A stretch of DNA of 64,000 nt from the NCBI GenBank assembly GCA_001791275.1, contig MGEH01000024.1, positions 11,097 through 75,096 on the forward strand, in the 5' to 3' direction. The position numbers and the translations under genes are program-made. Numbering within the stretch: position 1 is the stretch's first letter; each line of letters opens with the position of its first letter. Of the stretch, positions 41,978 through 51,669 are shown piece by piece. Under the pieces are notes generated by a model. The model was not told the origin of the DNA, did no database searches, and saw only the letters and a list, made by a program, of their open reading frames with translations. The stretch comes from Candidatus Uhrbacteria bacterium RIFCSPHIGHO2_12_FULL_60_25 (GTDB taxonomy: Bacteria > Patescibacteriota > Patescibacteriia > 2-12-FULL-60-25).

Positions 41978-43672
41978 TCAATACTTTGCATATCGTAAGA
42001 AATATGGGTAGCCCAAATTTTTTGACTTCACCGTTCCATAAAGAGTGGTCACATTCTGCGGTGACCCATTTCGAACATCACATGAAGATGCATTAATGCT
42101 GATGCAAGAGTCTACATCTTCATTTTCAGTACACGATCTGGAACAATCCGATGTTACACGCCAGATGTGTTCGATGTGCGTTTGAGGTATAGGGAGCACA
42201 TCAAAAGATGAATTTTGATAATATACGATCGGACGGAAATCTATGAAGCGATCAATCATATCCGGATGATCAATTAAAAACTGATTTCGCCGTAACGCTT
42301 TCGTATTGACATCAAGAAATTGAAAAGAGGACCTGTTCAGAGGCAGTTCGAGGTGCTTAGCGTCTATCACGATCAATTGATCAGGGGTATTGTATTTCTC
42401 GTAAAAAAACTGGTAGACCTGCATTTCTGATGATGGTGACCAAAATAACAACATGACTTTTAGTAAAATGTATATTGCAAAAATAGCAAATGGTGGAATG
42501 AACAGGGTGAGAATACTGTTGGATAAAGTTGTAAAAAGAAATAAAAAACTCATCGTGATTGCAAGACTAAAAATAATGGCATATCTCGGATATCCAATAA
42601 GTCCCGCAATTACAACATCAGTCGTGAATACAGCTACTGGATAGAGTAGACATATCAAGAGGACGATCAGCTTCCTTCGTCTTGAACCTAGTTGATGAGA
42701 GTATGGTAGTTGGACAAGATAAAATGCGAAAATAAAGAGGAAAGAAACGACAAGTACTGGGTTGCTCTCCCATAAGGTCTGGAACAGCCATACAAATCTT
42801 TTCAGCCAGTCAATTGAACCATCCGGAAACAAGTAGTCCGTCCCATTCAGACTCGTACTGGTTGCAACAGACGACGTTAAATTAAGAATTCGTTGATAGA
42901 AACTTAATTGAGTAAGTATTATCAACAAAAAAATCCCGATGTGGCATTTTAGGGCTTGTACAGTTTCAGATATTGAAATATGACCAAGCAACATTGCGAA
43001 TACCACCCAGAGAACCACATGGATCATCATTGGTACTTGTAGTATTGCAAGGAATGCCAGCCATAACAGTAATGAAATATATACTCGCTTCTCAATAAGG
43101 AGATTTTTTGTTCGCGTAATGAAGTATTCCTGAAAAAGCACAAGCCCTCCAGCGGTGAGCATGAATAATGAACCAAGAAGCCAGACTTTGCCGGTATGTA
43201 TAAGCAATACGAATAACGGATTACTGAAAAGAACAGAAAGAAATAGTGCAGCAAGTAACCCAAGTTGTTTCAATCGATTACGCGTGTATAAAAATCTAAA
43301 AAAAAGGAACAGCAACAGTAGGACACTGAGACCATTAACAACTCGTACCGTATGTAGAAGATCACCATAGTGAACTGCAAAATATCCCATTAAGATTATA
43401 GGTGGATAAAAAAAGGTTAAGTCATATACAAATCTCGTGAGGACAGCAACCGTCACGAGGTATGTTTGCACTCCACCGTAATATGCTCCGCCCACCGTAA
43501 AATCCCATCCGGGGAGCGTATGATTACTCAATGCTGATAATGCACTGCTCAAAAAATACGATTCATCAGAAATTACGGCTGTATTATCCCCAAAGGGATT
43601 CGGATTAAGAAATAATGGTGATATAAGCAACGTTACTAGGATTGGAAGTGCAGATCGAAATTTCAAAAGCAT
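41978..43672 (-). CDS. Polytopic membrane protein, GT-C-like candidate (very AT-rich)
   Basis: 564 aa with many hydrophobic segments. Early loop motif ISDESYFLSSA (DExY-like). Cys-rich C-terminal soluble region. Confidence 0.8.
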   Translation of the reverse strand: MLLKFRSALPILVTLLISPLFLNPNPFGDNTAVISDESYFLSSALSALSNHTLPGWDFTVGGAYYGGVQTYLVTVAVLTRFVYDLTFFYPPIILMGYFAVHYGDLLHTVRVVNGLSVLLLLFLFFRFLYTRNRLKQLGLLAALFLSVLFSNPLFVLLIHTGKVWLLGSLFMLTAGGLVLFQEYFITRTKNLLIEKRVYISLLLWLAFLAILQVPMMIHVVLWVVFAMLLGHISISETVQALKCHIGIFLLIILTQLSFYQRILNLTSSVATSTSLNGTDYLFPDGSIDWLKRFVWLFQTLWESNPVLVVSFLFIFAFYLVQLPYSHQLGSRRRKLIVLLICLLYPVAVFTTDVVIAGLIGYPRYAIIFSLAITMSFLFLFTTLSNSILTLFIPPFAIFAIYILLKVMLLFWSPSSEMQVYQFFYEKYNTPDQLIVIDAKHLELPLNRSSFQFLDVNTKALRRNQFLIDHPDMIDRFIDFRPIVYYQNSSFDVLPIPQTHIEHIWRVTSDCSRSCTENEDVDSCISINASSCDVRNGSPQNVTTLYGTVKSKNLGYPYFLRYAKY

Positions 43673-43699
43673 AAGTGAATGAAAGATAACAATTTCCTA

Positions 43700-44407
43700 T
43701 CACGTTTTCCAATAGAGATCTTTAAGCAAGACAAAAATAAACTTTATTCCCATTATGGTCTTTAATTTTGATTTTCCCCACGCTCTCGCCTTTTCCCGAC
43801 TCGGAATTTCTACCAATCGACACTGCTTCTTTAAACATTTCACAACCATTTCCTGTTCAATGCAAAAATCATTCGACTTCAATCCTAAACTATGGAATGT
43901 CGATTTTTTTACGGCTCTAAAACTATACAGAATATCACTCAATTGAATTTTGAAACGTTGATTTACCAAAACAGTTAAGAAATCAGATCCGGCTGAACGG
44001 ATAATCCCTGTTAGACTCATATCTAGATCGTGACTTCCGCCAAGTCGCCTTGAAGTAATCACCATGTCCGCGGTCTCATCGATCAGCGGCTTGATGAGCT
44101 GTGGGATATCGCTGGCTTCATGCGATCCATCGGCATCAAAAAATACAATGATATTACCTGAGGCCGCTTCAACACCCATACGGACTGCATCCCCTCTGCC
44201 GAGACCATGATCGAGTAAGTATTTCGCTCCCTGCTCCAAGGTAATGTATCGGGTGTTGTCTTTCGAGTGGCCATCAACAACGATGACTTCGTCTGCATAA
44301 GGTTTAACCGATTCAATTATTTTTTTTATTCCTGCTCCTTCGTCTTTTGTTGGAATGACGATTGATATCCCGATATGATCGCTCATATTGCCGATGCTTC
44401 TAGTCAC
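43700..44407 (-). CDS. GT2 glycosyltransferase, DPM1/GtrB-like
   Basis: 235 aa. ISIVIPTKDEGAGIKKII...VVDGHSKDNT...FDADGSH. Confidence 0.85.
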   Translation of the reverse strand: MTRSIGNMSDHIGISIVIPTKDEGAGIKKIIESVKPYADEVIVVDGHSKDNTRYITLEQGAKYLLDHGLGRGDAVRMGVEAASGNIIVFFDADGSHEASDIPQLIKPLIDETADMVITSRRLGGSHDLDMSLTGIIRSAGSDFLTVLVNQRFKIQLSDILYSFRAVKKSTFHSLGLKSNDFCIEQEMVVKCLKKQCRLVEIPSREKARAWGKSKLKTIMGIKFIFVLLKDLYWKT

Positions 44408-44530
44408 AGATATTAACTTTCAGACTTAAGAGATACAGGCTAAGGGATACTAAGCACTACGTCAAATTGATACAAGAAAAAAGAAAAAATATAAACGTCG
44501 CGATTGTACATGCATATCATGAATTTCATG

Positions 44531-45613
44531 TTATCTTTTTAATATATCGAGGACCTTCACCGCCGTCGTTCCGTCCCCGAACGGGTTCGTCCAATCGCGC
44601 GCTTTCGCCATCATGCGCCGCATCGTATCCGCAAGGGATGCCGGGTACGCCTCGAAATGGAGCGCGTTCGAGCCGGCGTCGAGCGTCTCCGGCCGTTCGG
44701 TGTTCGCGCGCAACGTGACGCACGGCACGCGCAGGATGCACGCCTCTTCCTGAATCCCTCCGGAATCCGTGAGCACCACATCCGCGGACGACTGGAGCCG
44801 TAACAGGTCGAGATAGCCGACGGGTTCCGTGAGGATGAACGGATCGCCGAGTGAGAGATGCGCGGCGTCCATAGCCGCCTTCGTCCTCGGGTGGACCGGG
44901 AACACCACCATGAGTCCAAGCGTACGCGCGGCGTCCCCGATGGACGAAAGGATGGCGCGAAGCCGCGCGGGATCGTCCACGTTGCTCGGACGGTGCATGG
45001 TGAGGAGCGCGTACGGACGGTTCGTGACGCCCAGACGCTCCGCGATGTCGCTCTTGTCGTACGCGACCTTCGTATAATGAAGTGACGCGTCCACGATCGT
45101 GTTGCCCACCACGTGCACGCCGTCGTGATCGATCCCTTCTTTCAGAAGACGCTGACGCTGCAGGTCGGTCGGACAAAAAAGCCACTTGGACAGACGGTCC
45201 GCCAGGACGCGATTGGATTCTTCGGGCATGTCCCAGTCGTCGCTCCGAAGTCCGGCCTCGAGGTGTGCGACCGGAATGTTGGATTTATATGCCGCGAGCG
45301 CGCCAGCGAGCACCGAGTTCGTATCCCCTTCTACCATCACGATCTCCGGCCGTAGTTCATCGAACACGTCGTGTAGACGCTGCATCATGAGACCGATCTG
45401 GCGCGACGCCGGGTGCGAACCCACGTGCACATGCGCGACCGGTTCGGGCAGATTTAGTTCGGAAAAGAAAACGCCGTCCAGCTCCGATGAGTAGTGCTGG
45501 CCCGTATGGATGATGCCCACAGGCAACCCGCGCCGTTGCGCTTCCAAAATGACGGGAGCGCACTTGATGAGCTCCGGCCGGGTGCCGAGGACGACCCCCA
45601 AAAACGGTTTCAT
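44531..45613 (-). CDS. wecB: UDP-N-acetylglucosamine 2-epimerase (non-hydrolysing), copy 1
   Basis: 360 aa. GTRPELIKCAPV, HTGQHY and HLEAGLRS. Confidence 0.92.
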   Translation of the reverse strand: MKPFLGVVLGTRPELIKCAPVILEAQRRGLPVGIIHTGQHYSSELDGVFFSELNLPEPVAHVHVGSHPASRQIGLMMQRLHDVFDELRPEIVMVEGDTNSVLAGALAAYKSNIPVAHLEAGLRSDDWDMPEESNRVLADRLSKWLFCPTDLQRQRLLKEGIDHDGVHVVGNTIVDASLHYTKVAYDKSDIAERLGVTNRPYALLTMHRPSNVDDPARLRAILSSIGDAARTLGLMVVFPVHPRTKAAMDAAHLSLGDPFILTEPVGYLDLLRLQSSADVVLTDSGGIQEEACILRVPCVTLRANTERPETLDAGSNALHFEAYPASLADTMRRMMAKARDWTNPFGDGTTAVKVLDILKR

Positions 45614-45624
45614 GGAGCTCGAGC

Positions 45625-47697
45625 ATGCCCGTTTTTTCCGCCGCCGTCAAACCCCCGGGATGGCTCGGTTATGCGGCTTTCCGCTTGACCATGGGCGTGT
45701 ATGAGCCTAGTCTGCATGTCATGTCCCCCTTCGCTGTCGCTCCGGGGGACGCGTGGAGCATGATGACACCGAAGGAACCCCGTCCCACGAAGCCCCGCAT
45801 ATTGCGGGGCGAAGTGGAATGGTGGCTCGGCGCGCCCATCGCGGTCGCACTCCTGACCTGGGGGCCGTATTGGGTCCGGAATCTCGCGATCGGACGCAAA
45901 GACTGGACTCGCATCCCGGCGCTCGCGGCGACCGTGTTTGACCTCACGGCCTATCTGCAACCGATCGGGCAAGCGATGACGGGTGTCGTGACCGCACATC
46001 TCATCGGTCCTTTCGCGCTGCTCATGCGTCTCATCGCGCTCACGTTCCCGAACGCGAGCGTGCCCGAAGCCTGGTTTGTGGCACGATGGATGGCGACGAC
46101 CGCGGCGCTGTTTGTATTCGCATGGTGCCTTGAGCGCTGGTCCGGAGTGGGTCGTAACATGGCGCGCCTGCTGTCGCTCTCATTCTGGATCGCGTTCATC
46201 CTCGTGCTCGGCATGAAACCCGGATTCGCCTCGTGGCTGTTCCCGTTTGGTGTGCTTGGGATGGTCGGTGTGACCATCGTTGGTGAGCGTCTCACAAAGC
46301 GACGGATCATTTCCGCGATCGTGTGGTCTGCCATCGCACTCACAAGTTCCTCGCTCTATGCCTGGTACTTTTTATTCGTTGCCGTGTGGCTCGGCGTGAC
46401 CTGGTTCCTCTGGCTCGTAAAAAATACTCCACGCGTCGCACTCTCGCTCGCCGCGATCGGGTCCGTATCCGCTTGCGTATTCGCCGTCGTGTTCGCCTAC
46501 TGGATCACGCTCACTCCCGCAGGCATCGTCTGGATCGAACTGACCCAACGCCTGTCATTGAGCTACACGCACATGATCTTCATCTCGGGATCCGTGCTGC
46601 TCACGATGCTCTGGACCGTTCTCTTCGGAGCAATCTATGCGGTCGCGAGTTCGGACGATCGACCAAAGATCGAGGTGACGGGCATTGCCTGGCTCTCGCT
46701 CCTCTTCACCTTCTTCCACTCCCCGTTCACCGGCCACTACATCCAGAACGATCACTTCCGAAGCGCCGCCGCGATCCTTTCCTGGTTCGCCCTCGCCGTC
46801 ATCTGGTCTCTCGTTCATCAAAGTCCGACGACGCACGACGCACGACGCACCCGTTTCATCCCCTATCTCACCCTCTTCATCTCCCTCGCCTACGTGATCC
46901 GCATCCTCGCCGCCCCCTATGCCTGGAACCGTGACTTCTTGAACGTGCTTCAACTCACGCACTGGTTCGCACTGCTCATCGCATCATGGCTCGCGATTCG
47001 ATGGATGCAAGGAAAGAAACCGCTCGAGACAAAGACGTTCGCGACCATCGTCCTTTCCGGATCACTCCTGATCGGAGGCAACGCAATGGCAGCGACCTAC
47101 TTCTATGAATTCAAAGACCTTCCAAAGATCGAAGCGCTCATACCCGTCTTCAACTGGGTGAAAGCGAATGTGCCACCAGGAATCTCAATCTGTACAGGCC
47201 AGGGAGGAGAAGGATTTAATATCGATGACATGTTGGCCGCTCAGACAGGACGTGTAGTGCATTTCTCACATACCACCATGTACCACAAAGAACGAGACGT
47301 AGCTCTTCTTGACAGGCTACGTGTTATTTCCGGTTTTTTTGATGCGGGAACGGCTGGTGATCAAGTAAACTGGCAGCTCTTGAGCTCAGAAAACCAATTC
47401 ATCGTCTGTGCTCAGTATCCCGTGCAGGTGAAGCTGTTCCATGCACTCGGTCTCTCTGAAGATCGTATTGATGCGCTCATCGGCTGTCCTCGAAAGACGA
47501 TCGATGCACGCTGGGCGTATGTGAAGGATGCGATGGATCACCCGATCCGAGACATGGAAGCGTTCAAGCGTGTGTGTCCATTTGTCGTCGTCCCGAACGC
47601 AAAAAAATCGTATTGGCATTTGCCGGATGACTATCGTGAAATCCCTGTGACGAACGAGATATACGTGTTTGCATCTATATCAACCGATCTTCGATGA
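45625..47697 (+). CDS. Large polytopic membrane protein, paralogue 3 of the unnamed family
   Basis: 690-aa ORF. By comparison with the paralogues, the start is likelier at 45721 or 45760. VFDLTAYL, PFTGHYIQNDHF and the conserved C-terminal Cys positions are present. Confidence 0.85.
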   Translation: MPVFSAAVKPPGWLGYAAFRLTMGVYEPSLHVMSPFAVAPGDAWSMMTPKEPRPTKPRILRGEVEWWLGAPIAVALLTWGPYWVRNLAIGRKDWTRIPALAATVFDLTAYLQPIGQAMTGVVTAHLIGPFALLMRLIALTFPNASVPEAWFVARWMATTAALFVFAWCLERWSGVGRNMARLLSLSFWIAFILVLGMKPGFASWLFPFGVLGMVGVTIVGERLTKRRIISAIVWSAIALTSSSLYAWYFLFVAVWLGVTWFLWLVKNTPRVALSLAAIGSVSACVFAVVFAYWITLTPAGIVWIELTQRLSLSYTHMIFISGSVLLTMLWTVLFGAIYAVASSDDRPKIEVTGIAWLSLLFTFFHSPFTGHYIQNDHFRSAAAILSWFALAVIWSLVHQSPTTHDARRTRFIPYLTLFISLAYVIRILAAPYAWNRDFLNVLQLTHWFALLIASWLAIRWMQGKKPLETKTFATIVLSGSLLIGGNAMAATYFYEFKDLPKIEALIPVFNWVKANVPPGISICTGQGGEGFNIDDMLAAQTGRVVHFSHTTMYHKERDVALLDRLRVISGFFDAGTAGDQVNWQLLSSENQFIVCAQYPVQVKLFHALGLSEDRIDALIGCPRKTIDARWAYVKDAMDHPIRDMEAFKRVCPFVVVPNAKKSYWHLPDDYREIPVTNEIYVFASISTDLR
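46830..46850. repeat. (GACGCAC)x3 perfect heptamer tract in-frame in the membrane-protein gene
   Basis: Read directly. Encodes part of TTHDARRT, in the loop homologous to the tract at 10803-10865. Confidence 0.8.
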
Positions 47698-49533
47698 AAA
47701 TTTCTTCCACCACAACTGAAACGTGAGGATTGACCAGATCGCGTGCAAACCATACGCACGCTTGGACAGGTGATCATCGAGGATCTTGTTCGCGGCCGCG
47801 AAATCAATGAACGCCGCGGTCTCCGGGTTATAGGATGGTGACAGGACCTCGCGGACGAATGGAAGCAACGGACCGCGGATCCATTTGGCGGCCGGGCTCA
47901 TCCATGCGCGCTTCTCTTGGTCTAAGACGTGTGACGGAAGATACGGACGCATCGCGTCGATCAAGACCTTCTTTCCCTGCGTCCGCGAATCGAGTTTGAA
48001 ACGTGTCGGGATGCGAAACGCGTATTCAACAAGATCCACGTCGAGTAACGGCACGCGCTCTTCAAGACCATGCGCCATGGTGAGTTTGTCCGTACGTACG
48101 AGCGACTCATCCGGCAACCAGGTCTGCACGTCTGCGGCCATGAGCTGATTCGTGGCATCTCGCCATTCCGAAGCGAACGAAGGCGCGAGCGCAGAACGGA
48201 CGTCGCCCGGAGTCTTTAGGAACGACCGGACCGATACTTCTTTCTGCATCACGAATGACAAGTGACGCTCAAGCCCCGGCGTCGTCGCGGTCTTCTTCGC
48301 GAATTCTTTGCTCAAGCAAAGTCCGAGCGCCTGTCGTGCAATCGGGATCCGTCGGATGAGATCGATCTTCTGTGCGTACCAGTACCGCGGATATCCCCCG
48401 AACAATTCGTCTCCCCCATCGCCGCCGAGCGCGACCGTGATCGTGGGCTTTGCGAACTTTGCGAGCAGATATGTGGACGACTGGACGTGGTTTGAGACCG
48501 GTTCATCCATGTACAAAGCGATGTCATCGAGACATGCGAGCACGACTGCCGCGGTCATCGTGAATTCGTAATGTTCCGTCTTAAAATGATCCGATGTCTG
48601 TCGTGCGAGTCGCGCGTCCGCGTTGTATTTCTGCGGATCGATCTCCGTCTCATAACCAACCGAAAACGTTTTAATCGTTCCCGACGGATCCAAATCGCGC
48701 ATCATTGCGAGCACGGACGTCGAGTCGACGCCGCCAGACAAAAAGACGCCGAGCGGTCGGTCAGACACGAGTTGACGCTGCACAGCGGAGCGGACGCGCT
48801 CACGAACGCCAACGACCGCATCCTTGTATGACGTGATCTGTTTCCCTTCTTCCAGCTTCCACCACTGTTTCATCGCGACCTGTCCGTCCTTTCCGCCAGA
48901 GGCTGATCCACCTTTGGCGGAGAACGTCAGTGCATGCCCAGGTTGAAGTTTTTTCACATCGCGAAACATCGTTCGCGGACCCGGGACGTAGAGAAGACGG
49001 AAATACTGACCCACCGCTTCCATATCCACGACTCGTGATACGTCATGTTCCAGGATCGCTTTGATCTCTGAAGAAAAGATCAGACGCGTTCCGTCGACAT
49101 GGTAGTACAGCGGCTTGATCCCGATCTGGTCGCGGACCAACGTGAGCGATCTTTCGTCTCGGTCCCATACCGCGAACGCAAAGATGCCGTTTAGCTTGCG
49201 CAGACCGTCCACGCCCCATCGCGCAAAGAATCTCAAAAGAACCTCGGTATCTGATTGAGACGTGAATGTCTCGCCAAGCCCTTCAAGCTCACGCTTCAGC
49301 TCGCGATAATTATAGATCTCCCCGTTGTAGATGATGGTGTAACGTCCGTCAGGGCTCGTCATGGGCTGATGTCCGCCCGGAGACAGGTCAATTATGGACA
49401 GACGATTGTGCGCGAACGAAATTCCGGGCGCTTCAAAAAAACCCTCGTCATCTGGACCACGATGTGTCGTCGCCCTGTGCATGCGTCGCAACGCATCGGC
49501 GTCGTTCCATGTAAAACCATTGACACCGCACAT
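47680..49533 (-). CDS. Asparagine synthase (glutamine-hydrolysing)-family amidotransferase, copy 1
   Basis: 617 aa. MCG N-terminal nucleophile and [11 protein letters not shown]-loop. Confidence 0.92.
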   Translation of the reverse strand: MCGVNGFTWNDADALRRMHRATTHRGPDDEGFFEAPGISFAHNRLSIIDLSPGGHQPMTSPDGRYTIIYNGEIYNYRELKRELEGLGETFTSQSDTEVLLRFFARWGVDGLRKLNGIFAFAVWDRDERSLTLVRDQIGIKPLYYHVDGTRLIFSSEIKAILEHDVSRVVDMEAVGQYFRLLYVPGPRTMFRDVKKLQPGHALTFSAKGGSASGGKDGQVAMKQWWKLEEGKQITSYKDAVVGVRERVRSAVQRQLVSDRPLGVFLSGGVDSTSVLAMMRDLDPSGTIKTFSVGYETEIDPQKYNADARLARQTSDHFKTEHYEFTMTAAVVLACLDDIALYMDEPVSNHVQSSTYLLAKFAKPTITVALGGDGGDELFGGYPRYWYAQKIDLIRRIPIARQALGLCLSKEFAKKTATTPGLERHLSFVMQKEVSVRSFLKTPGDVRSALAPSFASEWRDATNQLMAADVQTWLPDESLVRTDKLTMAHGLEERVPLLDVDLVEYAFRIPTRFKLDSRTQGKKVLIDAMRPYLPSHVLDQEKRAWMSPAAKWIRGPLLPFVREVLSPSYNPETAAFIDFAAANKILDDHLSKRAYGLHAIWSILTFQLWWKKFSSKIG

Positions 49534-49534
49534 A

Positions 49535-50554
49535 CTAGTTGCCCGGACGGATATAGACGGACATCTTCTCGATCAAACTCTGCAAGCTGTGACGCTCCTC
49601 GACGATGCGCCGCAATTCTGCGCGCGACTTCTGCGTCATGGTCTTGATGAAAAGCGCGACAGATTCCGGCGAGTCGTCCGCAGGAGCGTCAGGATACCCG
49701 ATCGCGTCCGCGTGCGCGCAGTTGATCACGGGAGTGAGCCCGCAGTACATGGCTTCGAGCACCGTTTTATCGATCGTCTTCGGCACCATGTTCACGAACA
49801 CGCGATACCGCGGATAGATGTTACGGAGTTCGGGCATGGGGATCGCGCCCATGAATTTCACGCGGTCCTTCAGACCGAGCGACGAGACAAGCCCTTCGAT
49901 CTCCGCCGCATACTCCGGGTCCTGGCTCGGGTCCTGCGGTCGGCCGTAATGCGTGACGCAGTATTGCGACGGAAGGAGCGCGAGCGTTTTCAACACGATC
50001 TCGAACCGCTTTGACCGCGAGATGCGGTGGACCACGAGCAGGTTGGTCATGGGTTCGCGTTCCGCGTCCGGAACGTCTGCGACGTTCCAGTACGCCGTAT
50101 CGATCCCGTGGCCGGTGACGATCTTTCGTGGGTCGCCTTCGAACTGCGGAAGGCTTTCTTTCGTGGCCGCGAATATGCGCGAGAGACAGATCTCGCCGAT
50201 GCGGAACGTGATCGTGCGCGTGTAGTGCGTGAACCACAGGTACGTGGGGATGCGTCGGATCCACCAGTACCACGCTCCGGCCGCAAGCCATCGGGTGTTC
50301 ATGTGCACGAACACACGGTCATATTTCAAGGTGACGATCAGTTTTTGGAAACGCAGAAAAGACCGGAGCCACGATCCGCCCTGTGCGTGTCCCACGCTCA
50401 AGACCGGGAACGGGAGCGAGTGCGACACCACGTCGCCGGCGATCACCGTGACCTCATATCCCGCATCCGCGAACGCCTTTGCCCACAAACTCGCGAACGC
50501 CAGGTCGTCATGGCGTTCGTCTATTTTTGGAGTGATGAAAAGCAGTTTAAGCAT
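49535..50554 (-). CDS. GT-B fold glycosyltransferase (GT4-like)
   Basis: 339 aa. MLKLLFITPK..., with a C-terminal VLEAMYCGLTPV region. Confidence 0.78.
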   Translation of the reverse strand: MLKLLFITPKIDERHDDLAFASLWAKAFADAGYEVTVIAGDVVSHSLPFPVLSVGHAQGGSWLRSFLRFQKLIVTLKYDRVFVHMNTRWLAAGAWYWWIRRIPTYLWFTHYTRTITFRIGEICLSRIFAATKESLPQFEGDPRKIVTGHGIDTAYWNVADVPDAEREPMTNLLVVHRISRSKRFEIVLKTLALLPSQYCVTHYGRPQDPSQDPEYAAEIEGLVSSLGLKDRVKFMGAIPMPELRNIYPRYRVFVNMVPKTIDKTVLEAMYCGLTPVINCAHADAIGYPDAPADDSPESVALFIKTMTQKSRAELRRIVEERHSLQSLIEKMSVYIRPGN

Positions 50555-51623
50555 TCTTCAAAATATCGGCGATCCGTTCTGCGGCGTGTCCGTCCCAAAG
50601 CGGATGAAGTCCCCCTTTCTTCCAGCGACCGTCCATGACGCTGGAGACGGCGTCAAGGATCTTCGATCGATCGCGACCCACCACTTCGCTCGTTCCGAGT
50701 TCGACCGTCACGGGTCGTTCGGTCTGTTCGCGGAGCGTGATGCACGGAACGTTGAATGCCGCCGTCTCTTCCTGCAGTCCACCTGAATCGGTGAGCACGA
50801 CTTTCGATCCTTTCAGAAGCGCCAGCATGTCGATGTACCCGACGGGCTCGATGGCGCGGATGGTGGGCGGGATCGAGAGTCCGAACGCGTCGAACTTGGC
50901 GCGCGCACGGTGATGCATGGGGAACACGAGCGGCAGGCGGACGGACGCAGCCGAGATCGCATCCCAGAGCGGCCTCAACGTGTCCACATCGTCCACATTC
51001 TCCGGACGATGGAGCGTAAGCGTCCCGTATGATCCGGGCATGAGCCCCAGATCGGTCAGGATGCGCGAACCGGCCACGGCCGGTTCCATGGCACGCAGAC
51101 TGTCGATCATCACATTGCCGACCAGGTGGACGCGATCGTGCGTGATCGATTCGTTCTTCAAGTTCGTCATCCCGGCCGGTTCGGTCACGAAGAGCCAGTC
51201 GGAATGGTGGTCCGCGATCATTCGGTTCAATTCTTCGGGCATCCGCCAGTTGAAACTGCGGAGGCCTGCTTCAACGTGTCCGACACGAATCCCGGCTACC
51301 GTTCCGGCCATGGCACCGGCCGCCGTGCTCGTGACATCGCCGAACACGAGGAGCGCGTCCGGCATTCGTTCACGAAGGACAGGGACGAGCGCGTCCATGA
51401 TTTTCTTCGTCTGCGTCATGCGATCACCGGCGCCGACTCCAAGATGGACGTCCGGCGCAGGGATCCCCAGTTCCTTGAAAAAAACATCCGACATGGCGGC
51501 GTCGTAATGCTGGCCCGTGTGGACAAGGATCGTCGAAACCCCCCGAGCCGCGAGTGCCCGATGCAACGGCGCCACCTTGATGAAGTTCGGCCGCGCCCCG
51601 ACGAGCAAAACAATATGTTTCAT
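50547..51623 (-). CDS. wecB: UDP-N-acetylglucosamine 2-epimerase (non-hydrolysing), copy 2
   Basis: 358 aa. GARPNFIKVAPL, HTGQHYD and HVEAGLRSF. Confidence 0.92.
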   Translation of the reverse strand: MKHIVLLVGARPNFIKVAPLHRALAARGVSTILVHTGQHYDAAMSDVFFKELGIPAPDVHLGVGAGDRMTQTKKIMDALVPVLRERMPDALLVFGDVTSTAAGAMAGTVAGIRVGHVEAGLRSFNWRMPEELNRMIADHHSDWLFVTEPAGMTNLKNESITHDRVHLVGNVMIDSLRAMEPAVAGSRILTDLGLMPGSYGTLTLHRPENVDDVDTLRPLWDAISAASVRLPLVFPMHHRARAKFDAFGLSIPPTIRAIEPVGYIDMLALLKGSKVVLTDSGGLQEETAAFNVPCITLREQTERPVTVELGTSEVVGRDRSKILDAVSSVMDGRWKKGGLHPLWDGHAAERIADILKNA

Positions 51624-51669
51624 TGAAGTCGCATGGTAATGAAAAACGACTGTTTTGGCAACCGTTTTG

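Noticed and set aside
48892-48921. Small inverted repeat (TCCGCCA ... TGGCGGA) inside the AsnB-like gene, encoding GGSASGGKDG.
   Set aside because: It is only a 7-bp stem, is not tandemly repetitive and is unrelated to the heptamer family. It is most simply a Gly/Ser-rich loop.
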